Counted from the stretch's first letter, positions 43,522 to 58,323 are shown. The stretch: 64,000 nucleotides of DNA from Eledone cirrhosa (GCA_964016885.1 OZ024762.1:17856001-17920000); one strand, 5' to 3'. Translations and numbers: made by a program. The notes: generated by a model from the letters alone, not told the origin.

Positions 43522-44622
43522 ATGGGTGTGGACTCTGGGTGTGGCCTCTGGGTGTGGACTCTGGGTGTGGCCTCTGGGTGTGGACTCTGGGTGTGGCCTC
43601 TGGGTGTGGACTCTGGGTGTGGTCTCTGGGTGTGGCCTCTGGGTGTGGACTCTGGGTGTGGCCTCTGGGTGTGGACTCTGGGTGTGGCCTCTGGGTGTGG
43701 ACTCTGGGTGTGGCCTCTGGGTGTGGACTCTGGGTGTGGCCTCTGGGTGTGGACTATGAGTGTGGCCTCTGGGTGTGGACTCTGGGTGTGGCCTCTGGGT
43801 GTGGACTATGAGTGTGGCCTCTGGGTGTGGACTATGAGTGTGGCCTCTGGGTGTGGACTATGAGTGTGGCCTCTGGGTGTGGCCTCTGGGTGTGGACTAT
43901 GAGTGTGGCCTCTGGGTGTGGCCTCTGAGTGTGGACTATGAGTGTGGCCTCTGGGTGTGGCCTCTGGGTGTGGACTATGAGTATGGCCTCTGGGTGTGGA
44001 CTATGAGTGTGGACTCTGGGTGTAGACTATGAGTGTGGCCTCTGGGTGTGGACTATGAGTGTGGCCTCTGGGTGTGGACTATGAGTGTGGACTATGAGTG
44101 TGGCCTCTGGGTGTGGACTATGAGTGTGGCCTCTGGGTGTGGACTCTGGGTGTGGACTATGAGTGTGGCCTCTGGGTGTGGACTCTGGGTGTGCACTATG
44201 AGTGTAGCCTCTGGGTGTGGACTATGAGTGTGGCCTCTGGGTGTGGACTATGAGTGTGGTCTCTGGGTGTAGACTATGAGTGTGGCCTCTGGGTGTGGAC
44301 TATGAGTGTGGACTCTGGGTGTGGACTATGAGTGTGGACTCTGGGTGTAGACTATGAGTGTGGCCTCTGGGTGTGGCCTCTGGGTGTGGACTATGAGTGT
44401 GGCCTCTGGGTGTGGACTATGAGTGTGGACTCTGGGTGTAGACTATGAGTGTGGCCTCTGAGTGTGGCCTCTGGGTGTGGCCTCTGGGTGTGGACTATGA
44501 GTGTGGCCTCTGGGTGTGGACTCTGGGTGTGGACTCTGGGTGTGGCCTCTGGGTGTGGCCTATGAGTGTGGCCTCTGGGTGTGGACTCTGGGTGTGGACT
44601 CTGGGTGTGGCCTCTGGGTGTA
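43522..44622. repeat. 13-bp G-rich minisatellite, about 84 units, three interspersed variants
   Basis: GGGTGTGGCCTCT / GGGTGTGGACTCT / GGGTGTGGACTAT(GAG). Confidence 0.97.
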
Positions 44623-44952
44623 GTCGGCATGCAACCTGTTCAGATGCATCCAACGATGTTCGGTGCACTAGATCTTCTTCGATGTTAGAAATCCTGTGGT
44701 TCTGCATAGCTTCCATCTACTTGTAATTTGAGAGAGTTGGCACTGGTTTAGATGTTGGTGACTGCAATGGTTCCTTCAGTCTCCTATATATACTCAGATT
44801 GCATCTGTATCTGTCAAATGTATTACAATATAGAATTATATTGTTTTCTGTAATAATCTCGTAGAAACGAGAATTGGAACGGGTTTCTAGGAAACTTCCA
44901 TTGAGCTTTTTACAGGAAAACGAAATTGAGATGTTATTTCAATTTCTTTCTG

Positions 44953-45952
<1,000 letters not shown>

Positions 45953-46094
45953 AAAAAAGTGTGATAAGATACCAGGTGGACCATAACACACCAGAGTGCT
46001 CGATACTTAGGGCAGTAGAGTGGGTAATAGGAAAAGAGTCAGGACCCCGACGGCTGAGCTCCAGCCGTTTCGACAACTAGATCCGAACTATTTT

Positions 46095-46098
<4 letters not shown>
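45953..46098 (-). mobile_element. short element in (TA)n carrying the 3' half of a hammerhead (46045-46077)
   Basis: minus strand GTTGTC-GAA-ACGGCTG(GAGCT)CAGCCGT-C^GGGG; homologous to 54584-54783. Confidence 0.75.
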
Positions 46099-46149
<51 letters not shown>

Positions 46150-46152
<3 letters not shown>

Positions 46153-46400
46153 CCAGAAGGCTCATTTGGCCAAAGCTTATCCCGGTTTCATGGCGTGAAG
46201 CGAGTGAGAGTACAAGGCACCCCGCTGGACAGGACGCTAGTCCGTCGCAGGGTTAAACCCCCAGCTATTGCTGGTACTCATTATACTGAGTATACTGGAG
46301 CAACGTGAAATGAAGTGTTTTCCTCAAGAACACAACACGCAACCCTAAAATCGAACCCACGACATTATGATCGTTAGTCAAACACCCTTACCACTAAGTC
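46150..46400 (-). mobile_element. SINE family-2 variant
   Basis: reverse head TGACTTAGTGGTAAGGG, B-box GGTTCGATT, core CACTTCATTTCACGTTGCTCCAGT. Confidence 0.85.
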
Positions 46401-46419
46401 ATATATATATTGAGGGGTT

Positions 46420-47520
46420 TTTACCTTTCCTCATGCTCTTGTGGTGTTACCTCTCTTGAGTTGATGATGTGCGGTTGCATTGCCTGGATGTAGTTTGGCA
46501 GGCTGTCAACTGATGTTCTTCCAAATTTCTCTTTTGGAAAGCATACAATCTCTCCATTTCGTAAGCGCTGCATGAGCTTACACAAGCCATTTGCGAATTT
46601 TCCCCCAGTTGCTGGGCCTCCATTCTATTCTGTTTCCTGCTATGCTGTTCTAGAATATTTTAAAGTTTAGTTCTGTCTATTGTAAATTATGCCACCGTTT
46701 GGTCATCAGCTTGTGACGGTAAACACGATCGTTTGTTAAACGAAAGCGTCGTAGGGTAAATGCGTCGCATGTCGAAGGACCTATCAGATGGGTCATAGAA
46801 GGTGGAATTCCAGGGTGTATTGTTTAGTATGTTTGTCAGTATCAATTGTGTTGTTGTCTCTACTTCCACCAACAGCTTCATGGTTGCTTCTATGTCTCTC
46901 ATTATTACTCCTGTCCCTTCTCTCTGTGTCACTGTTATTTTCTAACCTATATTGTGTGCCTGTGTGTTCGTTCTGGTTATTTCTCTTGTCATTGTCATTG
47001 TCTTCTCTATCTCTCTCAGTATTTTTACTGTTCCTTAACTCTGTGTCACTGTCATTTTCTAACCTGTTTTCTGTGTCTGTGTCTCTGTTATTGTTGGGAT
47101 GTGTATTGTGATGGAAAGCATAGTATGTGTTGTGTGCGCGCGCGTGTGTTGTTGTGTGAGTGTATGTTGCTTTGTGTGTGTATGATGTTGTGTGTGTGTG
47201 TGTGGTTGTTGTTGTTGTGTGTGTGTTGTTGTTATTATTGTTGTTCGTGTTGATGTTATTTTTGTTGTTTTTTAATCTCCATCTTATTTTTGTAAATGTT
47301 TTTTCTATCTCAGATAAGCATTCTATCATATTCACCTCACTATATCTGGCATATTTAGATGGTAACTGTAGGGTGGACAGTTCGTAAGGATCAACGGTAG
47401 CGCTGCCGTATATATTTGTGTGGTTGTTGTTGTTGTTGTTGTTGTAATAATCGGTTAATGGAACGTCCGCCATGACTATTCCATCAAACTTATCTGGGTA
47501 ATTCTTTCTATTTTCTGAAG
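46420..47520 (-). pseudogene. Penelope-like element ORF N-terminal remnant, interrupted by simple repeats
   Basis: ELSTLQLPSKYA...EIEKTFTKIRW and, in another frame at 46421-46592, GLCKLMQRLRNGEIVCFPKEKFGRTSVDSLPNYIQAMQPH, resembling the L-GPKF...KLRW and DK(S)G regions recalled for PLE RT N-termini. Confidence 0.6.
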
Positions 47521-47679
47521 TTTCTTGTTTTAGTTTTATCTGTTTGAGTCATGTTACCTAATACAAGAAATAAGTAAGATCACTAACACCAAGAGAAAAA
47601 TCAGAATACATAATATCATACACGAAGGAGAAAAATACATCATCCAGAAATGCAACAAACATTTCAGCAAGAAATTAAC

Positions 47680-48212
47680 GTGGTTTAGTTTGATGATGTC
47701 TGGTGTAAGGAGGTAAAACTGTGGTTTAGTTTGATGATGTCTGTAAGAAGGTAAAACTGTGGTTTAGTTTGATGATGTCTGGTGTAAGGAGGTAAAACTG
47801 TGGTTTAGTTTGATGATGTCTGCTGTAAGGAGGTAAAACTGTGGTTTAGTTTGATGATGTCTGGTGTAAGGAGGTAAAACTGTGGTTTAGTTTGATGATG
47901 TCTGGTGTAAGGAGGTAAAACTGTGGTTTAGTTTGATGATGTCTGCTGTAAGGAGGTAAAACTATGGTTTAGTTTGATGATGTCTGCTGTAAGGAGGTAA
48001 AACTGTGGTTTAGTTTGATGATGTCTGCTGTAAGGAGGTAAAACTATGGTTTAGTTTGATGATGTCTGCTGTAAGGAGGTAAAACTATGGTTTAGTTTGA
48101 TGATGTCTGCTGTAAGGAGGTAAAACTGTGGTTTAGTTTGATGATGTCTGCTGTAAGGAGGTAAAACTGTGGTTTAGTTTGATGATGTCTGCTGTAAGGA
48201 GGTAAAACTATG
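47680..48212. repeat. 41-bp minisatellite, about 13 units
   Basis: TGGTTTAGTTTGATGATGTCTG(C/G)TGTAAGGAGGTAAAACT(G/A) at 47681, 47722 and onward. Confidence 0.95.
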
Positions 48213-48275
48213 TATTACTGTCTTCTTTTGTTGAGATTTTTTAACTGATTTTCAAGAAATGCCTAATTAATAATA

Positions 48276-48380
48276 ATTGTTTCTACTTTAGGCACAAGGC
48301 CAGCAATTACCCAGTGTATTACTGGTACTTTATTTTATCGACCCTGTAAGGATGAAAGGTAAAATCAACCTCGGCGGGAT
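48276..48380 (-). mobile_element. SINE family-1 fragment
   Basis: reverse core and tail. Confidence 0.85.
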
Positions 48381-48413
48381 GCTGTCAAGCCTTCACTCTA
48401 TGTAACTAACCTG

Positions 48414-48462
<49 letters not shown>

Positions 48463-48563
48463 TATATATATATATATTATATTATATATATATATATATA
48501 TATATAATATTATATATATATATAATATTATATATATATATATATATATTTATTTATATAATG

Positions 48564-48640
<77 letters not shown>

Positions 48641-48643
48641 ATA

Positions 48644-48679
<36 letters not shown>

Positions 48680-48689
48680 TATATATATA

Positions 48690-48720
<31 letters not shown>

Positions 48721-48725
48721 TACAT

Positions 48726-48811
<86 letters not shown>

Positions 48812-49072
48812 TCACACACATATATATATAAATATATACTTGCATATATACATATATACATATATATAAATTCATATATAAATATATATATATATATATA
48901 CACACATATGTATATACATGCATATATATATGTATATACATCTTTATATACACACACATGTAAGTATATTAGATATATACAAGCACATTCAAACAGATAA
49001 GCCCCCACCTCCTATATATACACACAGGTACAGCTACACACATCCGTATGCAAACACACATCTGTATTAATA

Positions 49073-49110
<38 letters not shown>

Positions 49111-49115
49111 TTACG

Positions 49116-49200
<85 letters not shown>

Positions 49201-49711
49201 ACACATACCACACTAAACCTCTATGTTAACAGAAAGAGAGATAGCGAGAGAGACTATATTCTTGTGAGAATGTTGGTCCTCTATCTCCATTAAAACTTCA
49301 AAGAATATGTTTCTAAAAAGCCATGGCCGAGTCAGCAATCCATAACTAATTTATTATTTCATTCAATGTGTTTGTTTTGTTTTCTCTAAAAGTTATCATG
49401 GTTAAGTGGCTCGGCTGCTAGACAATTAGCCTGAAGATCAGAGATCATGTCCAAATGTCGCCACCAACAGAAGTCAACTTATCGTTGGTCAGGCTGGCCA
49501 GGAGAATTTTTATTTATCATCGACAAGAAATATGAGGAAGACAAAAGTGTGTTTCCGTCGCAAATGATCTTGAGAGGACAACTGAATAATAGAATCAACT
49601 CTATAGATAATGTACACAACCACAAGGAATGGGGAAGAGTCGAACTCCGACTCTCGTGGCATCCAAAACTTTCGCTTGTAGGAAAACACACTACTATAAG
49701 GAAAAGATTGC

Positions 49712-50045
49712 AAATTGGCAGAGTCGTTAGAACGTTGGATAGAATGTATTATGGTATTCGTTACGAGTCTCTGCTTTCTGAGTTTAAATACCAACGAAGA
49801 CACCTTTGCGTTTCATCCTTTCGAGGTCGATAAAATAATCAGTTTCTCACTTCCTTTCTCTCACTCTCTAGCCTTCGCCAGGAGTATTCTGCTGTAAAAT
49901 GACCCAAGTAACGCTGTATGCCAATATGGCTCCCCTACGTCTCCTTCACGCGGTAGGGGCCCAAAATGGCCGAGTGGTTAGGACGTCGAAACGAATACTT
50001 TGCAGTATTTGTTCCGACTCTCTTCGCTGTAACTTCAAATTCTCG
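49712..50045 (+). mobile_element. long-tail SINE family-1 copy followed by a second head
   Basis: TTGGCAGAGTCGTTAGAACG head, core TTTCATCCTTTCGAGGTCGATAAAATAA. Confidence 0.8.
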
Positions 50046-50236
50046 CTTAATTCATCTGAATAACCAGGTTACTTTGATTGAACTGGTCACAATATAAAAG
50101 AGCGTTCCTTGCGCGACCATTGGGTTGAGTCATGTGATATCGGGAATACTGAAATTGTTTAAAATCTTTAAAGGTTCATACAATACACGACTTTTATATT
50201 TCTCTGGGTGGTGAAATGGCATGTGTGCGGACGAGC

Positions 50237-50313
<77 letters not shown>

Positions 50314-50790
50314 GAGCGGGCGTATGTATGCGTGCGTGTGTGGGGGGGGGTCGTATGTGTGGGGGTGCATGTGTGTATGTGAGTATGTGTGTGTGTTTAC
50401 ATGTGTGTGTATGTGTGTGTGAGTGTATGTGTGTGTATGAGTGTGTGTGAGTGTATGTGTGTGTATGAATGTATGTGTGTGTATGTGTGTCTGTATGTGC
50501 GTGTGTGAGTGTATGTGTGTGTGTATGAGTGTGTTTATAAAGTGTTTATAAAGAGTCTCCTCCATCTGGGGTGTTATCACGCTGAGGAAGACATATACCA
50601 GGCTAGCAACACTATGACTCCATCAAGTCCCAGAGACTGGTGAGATCAATGGAAGATGGTGCCGGCGAGCCGGGGATCGCAACGAAAGGCCATTCGTGTT
50701 TCCAAGAAACCTTCAGTGTTCACTTTTGTTGGGGAAGGAAAATTAGGTTGAAAATACGAACACATCAAATTTGATATATTTTGTACACAA

Positions 50791-50837
<47 letters not shown>

Positions 50838-50884
50838 CATATATGTAAAAGTAGATCTATATAATACACACACACATATACATA

Positions 50885-50917
<33 letters not shown>

Positions 50918-50946
50918 GTATATTTATATATATATATGCATATATA

Positions 50947-50999
<53 letters not shown>

Positions 51000-51025
51000 G
51001 TGCGTATACATAGATCTATATAATA

Positions 51026-51057
<32 letters not shown>

Positions 51058-51074
51058 TATATATATATATATAC

Positions 51075-51122
<48 letters not shown>

Positions 51123-51302
51123 TAGGCCAAACTAACATTTGTGACTGAACATTACATAAAAGAGATTCCAACTCAATTACAGTATTCAAGTGTGTAAAGT
51201 CATTAAAATACATGTGAAGGCTAATGTGTATATATATATATAAGTGTGTGTGTGCATATATATGTGTGTGTGTGCATATATATGTGTGTGTGTGCATATA
51301 TA

Positions 51303-51347
<45 letters not shown>

Positions 51348-51371
51348 TTGTGTGTATATAAATGTGTGTGG

Positions 51372-51409
<38 letters not shown>

Positions 51410-51475
51410 ATGTGTGTATAAATATTTATGTGCGTGTTTGTGTGTATATATTTGGGTGCCTATATAAATGTGTGT

Positions 51476-51537
<62 letters not shown>

Positions 51538-51596
51538 ATGTGTGTATAAATATTTATGTGCGTGTTTGTGTGTATATATTTGGGTGCCTATATAAA

Positions 51597-51643
<47 letters not shown>

Positions 51644-51686
51644 ATAAATATTTATGTGCGTGTTTGTGTGTATATATTTGGGTGCC

Positions 51687-51729
<43 letters not shown>

Positions 51730-51816
51730 AAATATTTATGAGCGTGTTTGTGTGTATATATTTTGGTGCCTACATATATATATGTTTGTGTGTATATGTG
51801 TGTGTGTGTGTCTGTG

Positions 51817-51853
<37 letters not shown>

Positions 51854-52236
51854 GTGTTAGTGTGTGAATCGTCAAGAAACGTTTTATCTTTGACGATACC
51901 ATCTTGCCTAGACATTACCCCCCCGTCCCCCACCCTTATACCTTCCCAGTCTAATCCTTAGCCCCCCCCCCGGCTTATCTCCCCCTCTCTGTCTAACCGT
52001 ATATATACACACATATATACATACATACAAATGTTTACACATATAGATACATACATGCATACAGACAGACATACATACATACATAATACATATATACAAA
52101 CGTACGTACGTACATTTATACATTTATACATACATACATGCATACATACGTACGTATGTACATCCATACATACGTACGTATGTACATCCATACATACGTA
52201 CGTATGTACATCCATACATACGTACGTATGTACATC

Positions 52237-52283
<47 letters not shown>

Positions 52284-52636
52284 TTCATGCTCACAATAAT
52301 TTCTATACTTTCATTTATATATATATATGTATATATATATATATACATACAAACATACATATACATACGTATATAGATATATAGATACGAACCTACGAAC
52401 ATACATATATGCATACATACAAACATATACATCTATCCGTCCATACATATATATATATATATGTATATATATAGATATATATATGTATGTATGTATATAT
52501 ATATATAATAAATATATATACATATATACATATATATATATATATCTATATATATAATATATATATATACATATATACATATATATATATATCTATATAT
52601 ACATCTATATATATCTATTTTTTAATATATATATTT

Positions 52637-52667
<31 letters not shown>

Positions 52668-52722
52668 TTTATATATATATACATATATATATATACGTGT
52701 GTTTGTATGTGTATGTGTGTAT

Positions 52723-52768
<46 letters not shown>

Positions 52769-53431
52769 TACATACGTGTGTGTGTATTCTGAGCTCTATC
52801 TTCTATCCCGCTGTTATTAGCGACAGGAGATAATAGCCGAAAAGAAATGTCATGGGGGGGGGGGGGGCCTTAGTAATTAAATACAAGATTGTTACACAAG
52901 AGAAACACCAGTAACATCTCTCTCTCACTCACCTAAGCCTCTCTCTATCTCTCTTTCTCTGTCTCACCACCTCTCTCTCCCTCCCTCTCTCTCTCACTCT
53001 GTCACCATCTCTCGCTTTCTCTGTCTCACCATCTCTCTCTCCCTCCCTCTCTCTCCCCCTCTCTCTCTCTCACTCTGTCACCATCTCTCTCTTTCTCTGT
53101 GTCACCATCTCCCTCCCCCTCTCTCTCTCTCTCTGTCACCATCTCTCTCTTTCTCTGTCAACATCTCTCTCTCTCTCTCCCACCATCTCTCTCTCTCTCT
53201 GTCACCATCTCTCTCTTTCTCTGTCAACATCTCTCTCTCTCTCTCTCTCTCGCTCTTTCTCTTTCTCTCTCTCTCACCATCTTTCTCTCATTTTCACTCT
53301 CACCATCTGTCTCTCTTCGTATCTCTATCTCTCCCTCACTCTGATCGTTTCTCTGTCTTTCTCTCTCTCTCTCTCTCTCACCATCTCTCCCTCCCCCTCT
53401 CTCTCTTTCTAAGACATCTTATATAATTATA

Positions 53432-53612
53432 GTTGTTTCTACTATTGGCACAAAGGCCATCAATTAACCAGTACATTACTGGTACTTTATTTTATCGACC
53501 CCGTAAAGATGAAAGGCAAAGTTAACCTCGGTGGGATTTGAACTCAGAATGGCAAGGACCGTAACTCTATGATGCAAAGCATTGCGTCCGACGCTCTACC
53601 GATACTGCCAAT
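53432..53612 (-). mobile_element. SINE family 1
   Basis: full reverse head, core and tail. Confidence 0.9.
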
Positions 53613-53664
53613 TATAATATTTACTATAAAGATGGGTAAGAGTAGCGAGGTTGACAGCGAGCTC

Positions 53665-54435
53665 TTCATCATTATCATCCAGCGGCCTCAGCCGAAATGA
53701 GCTTAACAAACGATCCCCACGTGGGTCTGTCGTTCATTGCCGTAGCCAAATCCTGGATTTCAATACCAGAATCTCTGGAGATGACATCGGGATAGGAGAG
53801 CTTGCAACCCATATTATTAGTGTCTGCTTGTGGTTTCCAGAGCACAAATGGGGACACAGCCTCATAGATGGCAGAATTGCAGGGGCCAGCAAATCTTACT
53901 CTCCTCTTACGTACACTGACAGATATGCGTGGGAGGCCGGCATATATCTCTCTCAAAGTCAGATGTCGCCAGCTTATGTTCTGAATGTGTTGAAGCAGGC
54001 GAGTGTAAGTGCCATCAAGGTGCTTTTGTTGTTTGGATGAAAGCGTCCATGTTTCACTTCCATATAGCAAGATTGGTTGAATTGTTACTTGGAAGAGTCT
54101 GATCTTGGTGTGGTTGGAAAGATTTGAGCACCAAACTCGATCCATCTTGTTGCAAGCTGACCATGCTTGGGCCTTTCTGGTGGTGAAATCTTTGTCATAA
54201 TCCATGATCCAGGACTCAAGATACTTAAAATTCTCGACTTGCTTGATATCACTGCCGTTGATTGCTTTCATGCTGTTGCCTGTTCAGTTTGATATGTAAT
54301 CTTTGTTACCCTCGTTGAAATAAAGGCTAACAAGGATGGCTGCTTCCCGGAGTGATGTCAAAAGTTGTTGCGCATTTTCTAGGCAATCTGTAAGAAGTGC
54401 AATGTCATCCACAAAGTCAAGGTCAGTGAAATCTT
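53665..54435 (-). pseudogene. RTE-like LINE 3' fragment (RT catalytic motif to C-terminus)
   Basis: DLDFVDDIALL at about 54395-54427; VENFKYLES and QPILLYGSETWTL in ORF 53675..54271; (TGA)n-like tail. Confidence 0.9.
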
Positions 54436-54583
54436 TAGAGGGGTTTGATAGTTATACCCTTGTTAGCTCTTTCGATGGACACATCTAAAACATTTGAGGA
54501 AAGGAATGCTCCTCTCCGGCCGGGCCCTCATCAATGTAGATCGATAAACTATTTGTTATATATATATATATACATATACATAT

Positions 54584-54781
54584 AGGAAAAGAGTCAGGAC
54601 CCCGACGGCTGAGCTCCGGTCGTTTCGACAGCTAGATCCGAACTGCCGGATCTAGCTGTCGAAACGACCGGAGCTCAGCCGTCGGGGTCCTGATTCTTTT
54701 TCTATTACCCACTCTACTACCCTAAGTATTGAGTACTCTGGTGCGTTATGGTCCACCTGGTATCTTACCACACTTTCTTTG

Positions 54782-54783
<2 letters not shown>
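54584..54783 (+). mobile_element. fold-back copy of the half-hammerhead element (about 57-bp arms, loop AACTGC at 54641-54646), in (TA)n
   Basis: GACCCCGACGGCTGAGCTCCGGTCGTTTCGACAGCTAGATCCG is mirrored exactly. Confidence 0.9.
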
Positions 54784-54831
<48 letters not shown>

Positions 54832-55418
54832 GAATAATCGAGTATCGAAAAATCGGCGCACGAGTTCACGATAAACAAAATTCGATATGAGCGGCAGAGG
54901 GCTCCATAATTTAGATAAATCAGAGCTATAACTATCGTTAAAATACCGTCACACATAGAAAAAGTCTATAATCAACCGTACGATCGAAAAGTTGCGATCT
55001 GGAAGATTCGGGACACTCAGATAAAAAATCAATAAATCAAATGAAATATATATATATGTGTGTGTGTGTGTTTGTATGTACCTATATATGTAAATATGTA
55101 TGTATGTATACAATGCCGTCAATTTAAAATCCGATGGATGGGGTGGGGGTTATTCTCTGGAATTAATCTAAAAGGCCTTCAATTTCTATTTGGGAACTTT
55201 TCCTTGTCTTTTATTTATGTTTTTTTTGTTTTGTTTTGCCATTTTTAGTATATGTTATATTTATTGTTTGTCCTAACTACTGTTTTCCATCTCCCTTTAC
55301 TGTATGTGACCCCTACTTTAAACTGATTTATATTGTCCCTTAAGCCGGGCACTCTTTTGTTCAAGAAACACACACACATACACACATGTATCTGTAGGTG
55401 TTTACACTTGTGTTATAA

Positions 55419-56215
55419 TTATATCGACAGAATTTTCCTTAGTGTATGAGCAGTTCCCATTAGTACTATCTTTTGTATTTCTTCTATACGCGGGTTTCCT
55501 GGGATTCGGGATAAGTAATCATTAAACCCCTTAGGTATCATTCCTAGAGCACCTACAACCACTGATATTGTTTTAGTTCTCAACTTCCACATTTTTCCAA
55601 TCTCTATTTCCAGGTCTTTATACTTGCTCAATTTTTCAAATGTTTTTATAGGAAGGGTCATGTCAATCAGCAGGCATACCCTCTGTTAAAAGTCCTTCAG
55701 TATTATATCAGGTCTATTTGCATCTATTTTTCGGTCTGTTTGGATGCTAAAGTTCCACAAGATTGAGATGTGATCTTTTTCAAGTACGGGAAGTGGTTGA
55801 TGCTCCCACCAATTCTTTTGACAGGACAAGTCAAAATTCTTACACATCGTGCCTGTTTAGGTATTCAGTTGGAGCTATAGGACTGCACATTGAAATTATA
55901 TTATCAATGGTGTCTGGTTGTTTTTTACATACACGGCATAATGGGTGGCATCCATTTTTTATGATGTTTGCTTGATAATTTTTTGTTAGTAGACACTGAT
56001 CTTGTGGTGATATAATCAGTCCTTCAGTCTCCGATTTCAGTCCAGAGGATGCCAACCACTGACGGGTTAAAGTTTTGTCAACATCAGGATTGTTAGATCT
56101 TTCTGGGTATTTTCCATACAGAGGTTTTTCTTGTCATTTCTTAGCCAGTTTCTTTACTAGTTCTACTCTGAAATCAACTTGGCTGAGAAACTCCTCATCA
56201 GTTTGCACATCCTAC
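55419..56215 (-). pseudogene. second R4/Dong-like RLE retrotransposon 3' fragment
   Basis: GLKSETEGLII..QDQ, CRVC...IISMC, RHD, KLSKYKDLEIEI, VVVGALG, IQKIVLMGTAHTLRKIL. Confidence 0.9.
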
Positions 56216-56379
56216 ACCAACTTTAATAATGAAAGAGAAAATATTTCAACATGCTTCCATTAGAACAAATTCTTCCTGAAGTATTTCAAAGATCGCCCAA
56301 CCCCACTGATGTATGACGGGGGACAACAGACGATCTACACCAACTCTATTAATGTTAGTGGCATGAGTAGTAGTAATAG

Positions 56380-57372
56380 TAGTAGTGATGGTGGTGGTGG
56401 TGGTGGTTGAGGTTGTGTGTGGAGGGGGGGGGGCAGTGACTGTGATGGTGGTGGTGATGGTGATGGTTGTGATTGTGGTGGTTGAGATTCTGGGGGTGGT
56501 GAGGTTGGTGGCAGTGGCTGTGGTGGTGGTGGTGGTGGTGGTGGTGACGGTGGTTGAGGTGGTGGTGGTGGTTGAGATTCTGGGGGTGGTGAGGTTGGTG
56601 GCAGTGGCTGTGGTGGTTGAGGTGGTGGTGGCGGTGGCGGTGGTTGAGGTGGTGGTGGTGGTGGAGATTCTGAGGGTGGTGAGATTGGTGGTAGTGGCTG
56701 CTGTGGTGGTGGTGGTGGTGGAGATTCTGGGGTGGGGGTGGGGGGTGAGATTGGTGGCAGTGGCTGTGGTGGTGGTGGTGGTGGTGGTGGTGGTGGTGGT
56801 TGAGATTCTTGGGGTGGTGAGATTGGTGGCAGTGGCTGCTGTGGTGGTGGTGGTGGTGGTGGTGGTGGTTGAGATTCTGGGGGTGGTGAGATTGGTGGCA
56901 GTGGCTGCTGTGGTGGTGGTGGTGGTGGTGGTTGAGATTCTGGGGGTGGTGAGATTGGTGGCAGTGGCTGTGGTGGTGGTGGTGATGGCGGTGGTTGAGG
57001 TGGTGGTGGTGGTTGAGATTCTGGGGGTGGTGAGATTGGTGGCAGTGGCTGTGGTGGTGGCTGAGGTGGTGGAGGTGGTGGTGGTGACTGAGGTGGTGGT
57101 GCTGCTGCTAAAGTTATGCTGTATGCGACGGCAGCTGCGCGAACTAAAAAAAAAACGTACGTTTGAGATGATGATGACGATGATGATGATGATGATGATA
57201 TTGTTGGTGTTGTTGCAGTTGCTGTATTTTGTTATTGGTGATGATGAGGATGATGATGATGATGATGTTGGTATTGTTGGTGATGGTGGTGATGATGATG
57301 ATGATGATGATGTTGGTATTGTTGGTGATGGTGATGACGGTGGAGCAACAGCAGGAGCAGTAGTAGTAGTAA

Positions 57373-57411
<39 letters not shown>

Positions 57412-57455
57412 CAGTAGTAGTAGCAGTAGTAGTAGTAGTGATGGTGGTGGTGGAG
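56380..57455. repeat. compound (GTG)n minisatellite with anchor GAGATTCTGGGGGTGGTGAGATTGGTGGCAGTGGCT, then (GAT)n/(GTA)n
   Basis: anchor repeated about 8 times between 56484 and 57050. Confidence 0.9.
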
Positions 57456-57702
57456 ATGACGGGAAGAAGGAGAAAGACGAAGAAGCGACTCTGAGAAATT
57501 CTCTCACGATCTTTTCCATTGAAGCAGACGAGATTTAAGGGTCACAGATTCGGCGACCCTTACACAAGCTAAGTATCTGAATGTCGTTCAAACACATCAT
57601 GAAACTGTCTGCCTCCTCCTCTTCCTCCTGTTCAATCTTCTTCTTCTTCTTCTTCTTCACCACTACACACACCAAAAATACATACATACACATATATATA
57701 AT

Positions 57703-57734
<32 letters not shown>

Positions 57735-57845
57735 CTTATGTATATGTGTGCATGCGTATGTGTGTGTGTGTGCGTGTGTGTGCGTGTGCATGTGTGTGCG
57801 TGTGTGTGTGCATGTGTGTGCGTGTGTGTGTGCATGTGTGTGTGT

Positions 57846-58085
57846 GCATGTGTAACTAAGGCCATCAATTGCCTCAACTTCAACATAACTACATCCAGAT
57901 TACACCAAAGCCAACCACCAACTCAGGCAAACATAAGCCGTACATCTACATTTAACACCCTTCACCAGACTTAGACCTCTCAAGGATAAATAGAAACTAC
58001 ACATGACCTTCTAAACTATGTTCCAACGTTGCCGGCTACACAGACACCAACCTGCACCAATTACTGGTATGTTTCAGACGAACGT
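57846..58085 (+). repeat. unclassified dispersed repeat, copy 2 of 10580-10818
   Basis: only a few substitutions relative to copy 1. Confidence 0.9.
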
Positions 58086-58323
58086 CATCAAGCTACAGTC
58101 GTTGTATTAAGTAGTTAAAAGTTTGTGTACGGAGCTGTAACTCCTAGTGTAGTTGTGTGGGGACGGATATGACATACAAAAATGTCTTGGGTACTTTAAA
58201 TATGGCGTAGGCCATCCCCTTCCCAGATCTGAACACAGAGGATTGCTTTCAGCAGAGAGCGAGAGAGGGGGGGGGAAGAGATATAGAGCAAGAATCGAGC
58301 CTAGTACACGGCTGGTATTATTT

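Noticed and set aside
44637-44812. Possible minus-strand exon (MEAMQNHRISNIEEDLVHRTSLDASEQ)
   Set aside because: Short, weak donor, stops in all frames upstream, no recognisable motif
56385-57494. 369-aa Val-rich ORF
   Set aside because: (GTG)n compound minisatellite
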